From the human T2T-CHM13v2.0 reference genome, Homo sapiens: a stretch of DNA of 64,000 bases. The notes under the pieces are model-generated. The model ran no database searches and was not told the origin of the DNA. It worked only from the letters and a program-made list of their open reading frames with translations. The DNA lies in the NCBI RefSeq assembly GCF_009914755.1, contig NC_060927.1, one strand, 5' to 3'. Of the stretch, positions 42,831-58,319 are shown piece after piece. Each line of letters starts with the position of its first letter. Position 1 is the stretch's first letter. A program made the position numbers and the translations under genes.

Positions 42831-44619
42831 GTTTACAAAAGCTTCATCAGCTACATCCATTTACTCTACAATATTTAAAGCCAATGTCCAATTTATCACT
42901 ATTCACCCCTGCAAGTAATCATTAAGCATTTTCCATATATATCATGTCCTTCTCCAATCACATACATCTCATCACAGTAATATCTATATCCTGAATTCAG
43001 CAGGGCTTAGCCTCCACAGGGCATCTTTAATACTAATTGGAGGAGACAGGCTTTATAAATCCTTATTTACAAGATGATTATGAAAACTATATTTCCTAGG
43101 CCTGTCCTTTACGCTTCTATTATTCTCTCTCTTTCTTTCTCTTGCCAATAAAGTTCTTATTAAATGCTGCTTCAGCCACTAAATTGTAAATTCCCTGGCA
43201 GTAGAAATGATACCTGGTTAATCTTTGCATTTCTAAGAAGCAAACAATGGCTTACATAGAGTACATAGCTCATAAATGGGTTGTTGAATTTTCGAAATTA
43301 CTGTACTTTAATTTAGACCACATAATGACTATTTATTTGCTTCAATTTTTAAATGACCCTGAATGTCTCTGTGCTACAAAATGTACTGAGGCACTGTACA
43401 TCTTTCAGATTTTGGAACTTGCATTCAGTTGCCAATAATTTTATATATTTCATGAAATGTTTAACAATAAAACTACTCTTTGCATCTCAAAATATGTTTT
43501 GAAGAAATTATGAAATCAAGATGTTCTTTCAATGTATAAAATATTCAATAAGTGACTCAATAAATTAGTAGCATATCTTATTTGAAACTGAGATGCCATT
43601 AAGAGCATTTAGTAAGCTGTTTTGAATACTCTTATCTATCTCTGCTAACAAAGGCTTGTTTCACCAAGTAACTTGGGAAGTCATCCCAGTATCATGATTT
43701 ATACACCTCTCCCCATTCATACTAAATGCATCTTCACTAACCCTCTTCAATGAGAACTTTTATAGTTACTTATTTCTTTAGAACTTATTGAATTGATTCT
43801 CGTATTGTGAAAGGTATTATAACTTATAGTTATAAAAAAAAGTTAAAAATCATTTAACTTTTGACTTCTCATCTCATGCCTAGCTTTTTAAATTTCCATT
43901 TCTATTTGTGAATCTTGACATCTGTAAGCCTCCTGGATCATCAGGCTCTGAGACAGTCACATTCTACTTTGCTGAAATCAGATTGCTCACTGAACTTCAA
44001 TAAGTATGTTTCTTTAATACTTACTAGCACCCTTTTGTGACAATCCCCAAGCCCACCACCTCACTGGGACTTCACCCCTTCCTATAATCAAAGGGCTTTG
44101 AAAGACAAGCTTTCTCTAAGGCTGCATGGCATTTCCCAAAGAATTACCATGACCTAGTTTTGAACTCCAGATAGACTTCAGCCAGTGGGAAACAATATAC
44201 GAAGCATCTTTATTTCAGCAACTGAGCCTCATTCCGAAGAACTGCTCCCTCTCTGAGAGGTTACCCCAGTGGAAAATACTGCCTGAGAGAAAAAGAGATT
44301 ACATGTGTGGTCTGGGTCCAGCCATGACCCAGCTGTACAATCCTGGGAAGTGAGTCAGTCTCTGAACTTTGATTTCCTCATCTTTAAAATTAAACAGTGA
44401 GACTAGGTCACCTCTCACTTGCCTTCCAGTTCTAAGATTCTATAATTCCATCGAGTGTTCCTATGTGGAGCAGAAAGGGGAAACATAATTATCAAATTTC
44501 AAAAATACGGCATAAACCCTTTGGTAATTCTTCTGTATTCTGCTACCTCTACGTATTTTGAGTACCCTGGCAACTTCCATAAGGACTTACAAAACCTTAG
44601 AGACTAAAACGTGGGCCAA

Positions 44620-45820
44620 ACCGTATGACCCAGCAATTCTACTCCTGAGAAATGAAAATGTATGTACACATAAAAAGTTGTACACAGATGTTCATAGCAG
44701 CATTATTCATAATAGCCCAAAGGTAGAAACAACCCAAATGTCCATCAACTGATGAATAGATAAACAACATTTACAGTCTCCACACAGTGAAATATTATTT
44801 GGTCATTAAAAGGAGTGAAATACTCATACATGCTACTACAAGGATGAACCTTGAAAACAATCTAAATGAAAAAAGTCAGTCACAAGATTATATGATTTCA
44901 CTTGTATGAAATTTCCAGAACAGAGAAATCTACAGGGACAGAAAGTAGATTAGTGGTTGCTTTAGGGTGGCGTAGGGAGAATGAGGGGATGGGAGATCAT
45001 AGCCAAATGTCCATCAGTTGATGAATAGATAAACAAGATTGGTATATCCATACAATGGTATATTATTCAGCCATAAAAAATAATAAACTACTAATACCTG
45101 GTAGGTATTAGTCTGCTAGAGTTACCATAACAAAATACCACAGACTGGGTGGCTTAAACTACAGAACTTTACTGTCTTACAGTAATCTCAGATCGTGGTC
45201 CAGCTAGAAATCCCAGATTGAGGTCCAGCAGGGTCAGTTTCTGGTGAGGGTTCTCTTTCTGGCTTGCAAATGGTCACCTTTCCACTGTGTCCCCATATGG
45301 CAGAGAGAGAGCAAGCTCTTTGGTGTCTCTTCTTATAAGTATATTAATCCTACCAGATTAGGGCCCAAGCTTTTGATTCTATTTAACCATTATCACTTCT
45401 TCAAAGGGCCCGTCTCCAAATACAGTCACACTGAAGGTTAGGGCTTCAACATATGAATTTACAGGGGATACAAACATTCATTTTATAACATGTAACAACG
45501 TGGACAAAACCTGAAAACATTATGGTATGTGAAAGAAGCCAGTCACAAAGCACCACATATTGTATAAATCTACTTAGAGTAAATGTCCATAATGGGAAAA
45601 TCCGTAAAGACAGAAAGTAGATTAGTGATTGTTTAGGGCTGGGATGGGGATAGAGTTGAAGGAAATGTGGAATGATGTTTCTTTTGGAGGTGACAAAAAT
45701 GTTCTAAAATTGACTGTACTGATGGTTGCACAGCTCTGTGAATATACAAAAATCCATTGAATTGAATACTTCAAATGGGTGAATTGTATTCTCCATCACA
45801 AGAAAACTGTTTAAAAAATA
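44620..45820 (+). mobile_element. L1MB 3' end (internally repeated, interrupted by MLT1A0)
   Basis: 'tatgacccagcaattctactcct', 'atgttcatagcagcattattcataatagcc', 'gacagaaagtagattagtg', 'gatggttgcacagctctgtgaatatac'. Confidence 0.85.
45104..45490 (-). mobile_element. MLT1A0-like MaLR solo LTR
   Basis: 'ccataacaaaataccacagactgggtggcttaaa...tttctggtgaggg...gtctccaaatacagtcacactg...gggcttcaacatatgaattt'. Confidence 0.88.
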
Positions 45821-45869
45821 ATAAACAAATAGACAAGGCTCAAGATGATTGCCTAAGGATGAAAAAACA

Positions 45870-46090
45870 AAGAGCTTTTGAAGGAAGTCCTGGGCTCAGA
45901 TCCCAGTGCTCCCACTCATTAGCTGTGTAACCTTGGGCCAGTCTCTGAACCTCCAGTTCCTTTACTCTGTGACGTGGGGAGAGCATGGCAATTGTTCTCA
46001 GTTGGTGTGAAAATGAAACGAGGTAATGCACAGTGCCCGACAAGTATCCTAAGCACTTAATAACTAATGGTCATTGTTGAATATTATTAG
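45870..46090 (+). mobile_element. MIR SINE
   Basis: 'tagctgtgtaaccttgggcc...ctctgaacctccagttcc...gcacagtgcccgac'. Confidence 0.7.
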
Positions 46091-46815
46091 CATTTCATCA
46101 GAAGAATAGCCCATCTGTTTTTTGAACTGAATTGATTTCAAAGCTCAGGCACTGAATTTGACCACAAGTTTTTAGTGGCTACTGCAGAAGTGGAAGCACT
46201 CATTTTTCAATATCCAACAACAGAGTCAGTGCCACTTACCTATAAGCTTGCTGTTCTATGAACATGTTTGTGACTCGAGAAGAGGCATGTCACTAAAACC
46301 AAGATGGCTTTTTAGCATCTTTAGTCAAGGGAGATACCAGTGTCCAAGTGATCAAACTATTTCATGCCCGGAGCTGACAGTCAATATTTGCTGACTGATC
46401 GACTTAGCCATGCCTGACTTATGAGGGTTTTTATTTCAACCGATGTTTCATTAAGTGTTGGTAAGACAGGCCCAACTGTCCCTGGGCCTCTGGAGCCTTT
46501 TGGGATATGCAGAAGAAACAGAGTTGGTCCCTGCCTATAGGAGTTTGTATTCAAGCATCTAGTCCTAAACTGATTTTTAAGTTTATGTTTACTTTAATGT
46601 TACCACTATTCCAACTCTCCATGTGAATAAACAATAAAACTGCTCAGTACATGAAGGCAAGCAGTAAAAAGGAGTTTTTTTACACTCAAGGTAGGCCCAC
46701 CTCTCCAGCACTTCTGAGGCCCAGTTCCAATCCAAAACCAGTGGAAAGAACTCTGGGCCAAATGCTGAGGACATGAGAGTTCTATTCCCAGCTATACCAC
46801 AGAATAGCTATGAGT

Positions 46816-47356
46816 GCAAGACTCCTCCTTTATCTGTAGAGAATATGTGGATGCCTGAAACCAAGAATACTACTGAACCCTATATACACAATTTTTTTCC
46901 TATACTACATACCTATGGTAAAGTTTAACTTATAAATTAAGCACAATGTGAGATTAGTAGCAATAACTAATAATAAAATAGAACAATTATAACAATCTGC
47001 CAGCATCACTACTCTTGCACTTTGGGGCCATTATTAAATAAAATAAGGGTTACTCGAACGCAAGCACTGCAAGACTGCAACAGTCAATCTGGTCTGACAA
47101 CCAAGAGAGCTACTAAGTAGACTAAAGGGAGGGCAGCATCTATTGTGTGGATACACTAGACAAGGGCCTGATTCACGTCCTGGGCAGACAGAGTGGGACA
47201 GCTTGAGATTTCATCATGCTACTCAGAACGATGGACAATTTAAAACTTATGAACTGTTTATTTATGGAATTTTCCATTTAATATTTTCAGATCGTGGTTG
47301 ACTGTGAGTAACTGAAACTGTGGAAAATGAACCCACAGATAAGGGGGACTACAGTA
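46816..47356 (+). mobile_element. MER44B-like TcMar-Tigger non-autonomous element
   Basis: 'ggatgcctgaaacc', 'gccagcatcactactcttgcactttggggccattatt', right TIR 'gataagggggactacag' followed by TA. Confidence 0.85.
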
Positions 47357-48011
47357 CAAATCCTACCCTTTTGTACTGCTTCCATCACTAAGATATGAAA
47401 GACCAGGTTAGACAGTAAACTAAGTCTCTCTATCACCTAGACCAAAAAATGCATATTAGTTCTACATAAACTAAGTGCCTTTGATAGTTCTAGTTCTCAC
47501 TGTAATTTAATAAACTGGCACAATGTTCTAAACAAGATGTAGAAACTGCCTTCCACTCCCTGCAGACACACACACACATGCACATACCCCAGAAAATACA
47601 AAGTGAGGTCCCTGAGCCTGACTGGCAGAACTGACCCATTGTGATAAATTCACCCATCTGAAATGAGTCCTCTTGGGAAAGAGTCTACCAGCTTATCCTC
47701 TAGAATTCACGCCCCTCTTTCCATAGCCCCTTCATGGGCCTGTGTATAAGGGAGCTGTGATCCAACTTGGATACATACTTTCCTTCTGAAGTCATGGTAC
47801 CACCAGCCCTTTTGGGTGTGGGTGCCTGTGGTTGTACACTGTAGTTCTCAGCTATTTAAAAATATATATTCCTGAAATTTGTTCATTCTCACCTCCAGCT
47901 GTACTCCAACCATAAGATAACATATGAAGATGCTAACCTCGGAGCCAGGCTGGTTTGCTGGATAAAAAGCAGAGACATTGAATAAGAAGACCTAGCTCTG
48001 CTCCTGATTAG

Positions 48012-48324
<313 letters not shown>

Positions 48325-49392
48325 AGTTGTGTAAATGAGACTTAACTTTTCTGTGCTTTGTCTGTAAATAAAGACAACAAATAATATTATTGTGACACTG
48401 AATTAAATAACATGATTAATACAGAAGGAACTAGCAATGTGTCCACCAATTACAGAACATCCTGTAAAGTCAGTTTGACTAAACCATTGGATAGATCCTT
48501 TCTCAGGAAAGATTAAGTCTCAGGAAACATTAATTTTAATGCACTCTCTGGAAATGTTAAGTAAAATATAATATATATTAATAAAGTAGTAAAAGACATA
48601 CATAAATAAAATATAAACTCCCTTACACATACTTACACACACCACATGTTTATACATATGAATTCAAACCAAACACACTGTTTACAAATGGCCATTTATT
48701 TCTGGGAATTAGTAAGTCCAACTGTAAACATAAAGACAATATTTATATGGTCAAGAAAACCAATTCACTAGCTTCAGTTTTAACTCAATTTATTAATTTT
48801 ATTTTTTAAACTCTACTTTCTCAAAATGCCTTTTTTGTTTTGTTAATGTATTTTTTAAATATTATCAAAATGGAAAAAATAAACTTACTTTTGGAAATCA
48901 TGCATTCAGCAAATACCTACTATGTACTGGAAACTGTGCTATGCACTGAGATACAAAGATGAATACCATGGGACCCTAAGTTAGCCTTGACCCTTGAAGA
49001 GCTCATAGTCCAATAAAACTGTGTTAAAAACAAATTTTTCAATCAACCAAACATTCTCTTCATTGATACAAAGGAGTTCTCATTAGTGAGTTCTCATTAG
49101 TGCTCTAACACTTCCTAGCCCGGTGGCTTTGAACAATGGATATCTTCAGAACCCTGGGATCTTCATCTGCACAAATGAAAAAGCTGAACTATGCAGCCTG
49201 TTGCATCCCTTCTCCAGTGAAAATATGTGATTCTAATTGCCATTTTAAGCCCAGGTTGAACTTTCCCTTTTTTTAACTACCTTCCATGGCTAAAATTACA
49301 GGTATTTTAGACAATGTGCAAATGAGTCAATACGTGACATTGTGTCAACATGTGCATAGGTATTTATTGCATAGCTATATAAATCTGGGCAC

Positions 49393-51290
<1,898 letters not shown>

Positions 51291-51838
51291 CTGGGCACAT
51301 GTTACTAAATAGAGGGAATGACTACAATCACCCAAATCATTTAAAACCGAACTCTTTACATTAAAATTCTGAGTTCGCATAAACTGGTATGTTGCATTTA
51401 TATGCACTCCCATTCAATTTATGCATGATTAATTTGCGTGTTTTGGAGCAAAGAAATGAAATTAATACTTGTTTTTAATATACATGTCCAAATATCAAAA
51501 GCCACAATTTAAGCCAGCTGCCAAATACTGAAAGACTGGTGTACAAACTAACAATTCTTCTCAGCTAAACATTAGTAATGTTATAAATAGTAACATTAGT
51601 TCACAGCAACACAAATGCCAACTTTTTAACACCCCTATGGCTAAATATACAGAAAAGTATACATAATTAGATAGACTATCTACAGATTTATTTACCATGC
51701 TATATTTATTACCCATTCCTGCAGAGTATTTACGTTTAACTCTGTGAAGCAAATATCCCCACAATAATTTTTTCCTCCACATTTTAAAAATATTTTACTA
51801 TGAACAATGTGGATTCTATTTGTCCAAAAAAAGGGAAG

Positions 51839-52137
<299 letters not shown>

Positions 52138-52201
52138 GGAAGAAATGACAGCACCATGCATGTAAAAATGCATTCTTTTTAAACATCAAAATAATCTTGG
52201 A

Positions 52202-52863
52202 CAGCGCTGGAGAGCATGTGGAGAAATAGGAACACTTTTACACTGTTGGTGGGACTGTAAACTAGTTCAACCATTGTGGACGTCAGTGTGGCGATTTCTC
52301 AGGGACCTAGAATGAGAAATACCGTTTGACCCAGCCATCCCATTACTGGGTATATACCCAAAGGAATATAAATCATGCTGCTATAAAGACACATGCACAC
52401 ATATGTTTACTGCAGCACTACTCACAATAGCAAAGACTTGGAACCAACCCAAATGTCCAACAATGATAGACTGGATTAAGAAAATGTGGCACATATACAC
52501 CATGGAATACAATGCAGCCATAAAAAATGATGAGTTCATGTCCTTTGCAGGGACATGGATGAAGCTGGACACCATCATTCTCAGCAAACTATCGCAAGGA
52601 CAAAAAACCAAACACCGCATGTTCTCACTCATAGGTGGGAATTGAACAATGAGAACACTCGGACACAGGAAGGGGAACATCACACACTGGGGCCTGTTGT
52701 GGGGTGGGGGGAGGGGGGAGGGATAGCATTAGGAGATATACCTAATGTAAATGACGAGTTAATGGGTGCAGCACACCAACATGGCACATGTATACATATG
52801 TAACAAACCTGCACGTTGTGCACATGTACCCTAGAACTTAAAGTATAATAAATATATATATAT
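52202..52863 (+). mobile_element. LINE-1, L1PA4/5-like, 5'-truncated (~0.66 kb), tail converted to (AT)n
   Basis: ORF2 C-terminus and 3'UTR. TSD aaaataatcttgga (52188-52201) / aaaatcatcttgga (52864-52877). 'gtaaatgac' and 'ctagaactt' suggest it is older than the upstream L1. Confidence 0.95.
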
Positions 52864-53954
52864 AAAATCATCTTGGAATGTATACAAAATTATTTTAAAC
52901 AGGAATGAGTTTTATTCAGGTCTACCTTGCTTCAACCTCCCTCCTTTTTGAACTGGAGCCCCATCCTCTCCAGAGTCTCCAGGGCTTCTCCACTCCTGGG
53001 CACCTGTCCTTTAGCCCCTTCTCACCACACTCTGCCACTGTCAACCCGTCTTTACTTTCCCGGTAAGGCCACAGTCTCCTGAAGTCCAGCCTTAGGCAAA
53101 GGTGACAGAGGAAAGGAGAGGTTAAGGTCGCTGGAGTTGGAGAGGTCAATGAAGAGCGAGATTCAGGTGTTGAATGGCTGCCTACCTGGACAAATACCAC
53201 TAAAAAATGATCATAAACAAACCAATGAGCAAATGGAAAACAGATGTAAGATCGTCCAAGATAAGTGGAAGTGCCCAGGGTCTTGGTAGATCACAGACGA
53301 AAGGGATACAGAATGATAAAGCATAAAATTTGGGAGCTGGATTAATTGATCACAAAGACACCATCTATTGCTAACATCCTTTTGTTAGTTGATGTATTAT
53401 TCTAGCTGGGCCGTAAACACATCTCAGGAATCCCACTGTTAATCTATATCTTCATCAGACTGCCCAGATAGGTCTACTTCATACCTTTCCTGCCCTCCTG
53501 AAATCCCCAGTCAGCTCCTCTCCATCTCAGCAGAAAAGCTGGCTTCCTTCTTTACTAAGAAAAATCAAGGTCATCAGAAAAAAGATTTCCTCGCACATTC
53601 TCCTTTCCATCTCAGCTCTTATGTTTCTTCTCTTCCTTTCTTCCTATTTGAGAAAAATCCTTCCTAACTTCTAAGATTAAATCCTCTGCCTTTGATCCCC
53701 TTTTCTTAGGCATATTAGATTGCCTCTGTAATCTACTAGCTTATACGCTTATTAACCATGTGCCCAATGCTCAGTTTCCTCAGCTGTAAAATGGAGTATA
53801 ATGCCCACCGTGCAAGGCAGTTATAAGATTTAAATACAACAACATATTAAAGCACCTGCCACAGAGCAGGGTGCATAACAAAAGTGCTATTATTATTACC
53901 CTCTAAGCCTTGTCTCCCTCAATGGCTATGCCTGCTTTCTCTCGCATTAGTTAA

Positions 53955-54720
53955 AAATTCACTTAGTGCTACCTTTCTAAAAGGCGTTTTAGCCACTGGT
54001 ACTATAACAACGAACAAAATCAAGGGAAAGATGGCTCACCCTTGTGAAGTTTACAGCCTAGTGGGCAGGGACAGGAATAAAATACTTAAGTCAGGTGATA
54101 AGCGCCATGGAGTTACAACTTATAAAAGAGTGTCCTGGGAGGTCTCACTTAAAAGATGACATGTGAACAAAGACCCAAAAGAGGAGAAAGACCAAGCAGG
54201 TATTTGGAGAAGAGCACTCCTACGTGAGAGGACGCTGCAGTCTCCTGGAGGGCTTGAGCTTGAGGAATGAGGAGGGTGTGTGTTTGGTGCTGGGGGCTGG
54301 GGGAGCAGGTCAGGTTTGGCAGGGCCTTGTAGGTTACTGCAAGGAATTCAATACTTACTCTAGTGAATAATAAAAGAGAGGGGGACCCTGGTGGATTTTG
54401 TGCAGTGGCATTATCCAACTTAAGCTTTATTAGGATCACTTTAGACACTGGATGAGAACAGACTCAAGGTCAAGGAAGGAGAAGGGAGATGAGTTCGGAG
54501 ACTTTCAATAATTCAGGAGAAAGTTGATAGTTGCATAGATGTGAGAAGTAGTTGGATTATGGCTATATTTTTCAAGAAGATAAAATACCAAAAAGGTTTT
54601 CTGATGGATCTAATGATCAGTGCAGAGAAAGAGAGGAGTCAAAGTTACTCCCAAGGACTAGGCCCCCAGAAACCAGAAAAATGGAGCAGCTCTGTATTGA
54701 GATAAGCAAGACTGCAGGGT
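53955..54720 (-). mobile_element. L2a fragment
   Basis: 'ccttgtgaagtttacagcctagtggg...cagggccttgtaggttactgcaagga...aggatcactt...gagaaagagaggagtcaaag'. Confidence 0.75.
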
Positions 54721-56213
54721 CATAGCTTTATCTCTCCCCCACCACTGCTTCCTGCCCCCTGTGGTCAACCGACCAAAGGTCTTCCTCACTTTAAGAAAAG
54801 AAAGCATGTTAGCTTTCTGCTGTCCTAATCTCTCTTAATGCTCGACACTAAATTTCTTGAACAATTGCTCTGAATCCAGGGTCTTCACTTTCTCAAGGGC
54901 TCCGCCCCCACCCCCACCCCATTCCACTACAGATAACTCTGCTTCCAAAGAGCACTCCCGCAGGGCAACCAGCATACTCTAGTCATCCAGGCCAGTAGCT
55001 GCAATTCTGTGCTGCAGCATTTGGCACTGCCCATTATTACCTCCTTCCTCAAATTCTCTCCATGGTGGGAGATCTAACATCCTGATTTACATGTGATGGC
55101 TGTGATCATTCCTTCCATAGCCTCCTCTTTCTCTTTCATTGTCTCCTCCTTTTTCTTCTCTTCTCTCAAACACAGCATCCTCTGAATTCTGTCCCTTGTC
55201 CCCCTGAAGCTACACTGCCAAGACCTTACACTCATAGTCTTTATGACTGTTTATAGGGTCTCTAGCACCCAGTTCAGTGACTGAGACATTGTTAATTGAA
55301 CAAATGAATGAATTTATCATTCCATCAAGTACTGTATTCCTATATTTAGTTTCCACCTGTCTCCCAAGCTCCAGCTTTAGATCCACAACCACGAGCTACA
55401 CATTCCAGTTAGAAGTCATCCTGCCCTACGAAGTTCACCAAGCCAAAACCAAACACTCCATCTTAACCATCCCTCCACAAAGCAAGCTGCGTTATTTTAA
55501 CTGCCCTACTTATTTTAAGGGTATCATGATCCCCAAATAAGAACTTTCACCTCTTCAAGCCTAGGATATCTACTAGAGTCTCCCTCTGCCCTCTACAATT
55601 CATTCTACAATGCCACCAGCTTAATTTTCTAAAACACTATTGTGCCCATGTCACTCATCTAATAAATAATATTTATTGGCTCCACATAACCTTCAGAAGT
55701 TAAGAGAGAAGAAGGGAGAGAGAGCAAAAGAATACTAGCTAGGGCCTGATTTTGGCTATTTCTATTTTCCTTTTAAATATGTTTTCTACTAGGTACATTT
55801 TCCCCTTTGAAATTCTTAGATTACCCCACCTCCAGTTCCTTGCCTAGGCAAAGTACAGTACAACTCTTCAACCAGATATTAAACATCTTCAAAAATCCAG
55901 CCCCTATTAGCCTGTTCAATCTTATTCCCTAATACAGCAAGAATCACTTCTTCCTTTCAGATGGTCTTGCCATCCCTCAAACAAGCATTTTACATTCTTA
56001 CCTCCATATCACTGCTTACACAATTCCCTCTCTGGTTGTTCTCTCCTCCATCCCCTCTTCTCTACTCTATGTTAATTGCCCATCAAGGTCTTGCTGGAAT
56101 CCTACCTCGCCCCAGAAGCCTTTCACATACATTCTAACCAAGAGTGGTTTGCAGCATTCCTCCCCCGAACACCCTGCAATTTGCTGTCCTTACCACTCCT
56201 GTGTGGCTCATCA

Positions 56214-56400
56214 CAGTGATTCTAAAAATGTGATCCTGAAAGCAGCAGCAGCAGCAGCATCATTTTGTTAAAATGCAAATTTTGGGGACCCATCCCAGAC
56301 CTACTGATTCAGAATCTCTAGAGGTAGATAGAGCCCACCTCCCTGTAATTTCACAAGCTCCCCAGGTAAGGCTATGCACGCTAAAGTTTAAAAACTAGTG
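56214..56400. mobile_element. MER5A hAT MITE containing (AGC)6
   Basis: 'cagtgattctaaaa...agcagcagcatc...aaatgcaaattttgggg...cccagacctactgattcagaatctct...gctaaagtttaaaaactagtg'. Confidence 0.8.
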
Positions 56401-56633
56401 ACATGAAATACCGCCTTACGTTGTTTGATCTTGTCAACTAAATAATATGCAAAACACCAAATACGGTATTTAGCATATAGCTATCCCTCAAGAAACTTGA
56501 GTTTTGCAATACTGTTTCAAGTAGTTTCATCGCAATATACATCAAGTGAATTTTACCTCTACACCTAATTTTAAAAAACAAAAGTAAAAACAAAATGCCT
56601 TTACGCTAAACAATGAAAATACTTTGTTTTTTA

Positions 56634-56957
<324 letters not shown>

Positions 56958-57413
56958 GAAATGAAATTAATATTGTTTTAATCAAGAGCTTGTTTAAAAT
57001 CATTTAATTTAATATTAAATGAATAACAAAAATAAATGTTTTTATTTAGTAATAAATCATTTAATATTAAATAGCTTAATCTTATTAATTGGATGAGAAT
57101 CTTCTTTTACATTTCCTTTACATTTCAACTTTGGAAATATAGTTGAGTTTTCAGATTACACCTTCATGGTGAATACAGGAGAAGATAGCTAAATAAAAAT
57201 TCCTGCCAAGAGAAGAGTAGACCTTAATTTTAATCAATTTGCATGTTGCAGAAGATAAAAAGTAGAGCCACACCAAGCTGAACCAGATTTAACATTATGC
57301 TTTGAAGAAACCCAGTAATAATGAATTACGCACTTATTTCATAGGTCCGTCCTGCTTGTTTTGGCTCTTTAGAAACCTATATTTCAGAAAGGTTAAATTA
57401 ATTAAGCAAAGAA

Positions 57414-57447
57414 TCTTCTTTTGTAAGAACTTTCTTACAAAAGAAGA
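57414..57447. repeat. Perfect 16-bp inverted repeat, 2-nt spacer
   Basis: tcttcttttgtaagaa-ct-ttcttacaaaagaaga. Confidence 0.95.
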
Positions 57448-58319
57448 GCCCAAAATGAAAATGTTGTCTCCTACATAAAAAGGAAAATAATGATTAACAT
57501 AAAAAGGTCTTGGAATAGTATAATATGCTCCATTTATCCCCCATATCAACAAACTTTTTCTTCATGTCTATTGCAAACAGAATACAGTGGTAGCTGCTAT
57601 GATAGATCTTGACGTATTTTTATATATTTAGCGTCTTTAGAGTTTTATTGCCAAAATGTCCAGGGTTCCATACAAGTACATTCTTTTTAATATAATTTTC
57701 TAATAAACAGAAATACTGGAGAGAAATATGCCAAAATATTATCAGGGATTCCTCTGATAATTCCTCTGAGTGAAGATTTTACATGTTCTTTTTACTCTCT
57801 ATTTACTGTTCTTGTAATATTCAATTTTTTTAATGAGCCTACATTAAGTTTTAAAATCTAAAAATAATTTTAGGACCATATTTTTGTTTTATGCATGCAT
57901 TAGTACAGTAACTTACTTCTCCACTTAGGAGGATACTGCTTTTGCGTCTTTTTTTTCATATATCAGTTTGTTTAATCCACACAACAACCCTATGAAATTG
58001 GTAAAATCATTATTCCCATTTTACAGATAGGAAAACTGAGTCACAGAGAAATTTAGTACATTCTACACAGAATTCAAACACATGAAGATTAACATTAGAG
58101 TTTGCTCAAGTCACCCACCAAAAGGCTGCCACCCAGGCTGGCAACTTACATCCTGCCTTTTGGCAAATCCCAAGACTAGTTAATTACCTCTTTTTGAGAA
58201 TGCATACACAGAAACACAACAATAAGCCTGTGTGACACTGGGAAATGATTGATTTTCCTTATTTTGTATTGTATCTTGACAACTCAGAAGAAAACATGCA
58301 AAACGTAATATATAAAAAT

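Noticed and set aside
52922-53200. 92-aa minus-strand ORF in GC-richer sequence with an acceptor-like site
   Set aside because: No recognisable homology, weak donor (gtagac) and a non-ATG start.
53343-53355. 13-mer taattgatcacaa shared with Y3 RNA
   Set aside because: The flanks lack the GGCTGGTCCG 5' stem and the 3' stem; coincidental.
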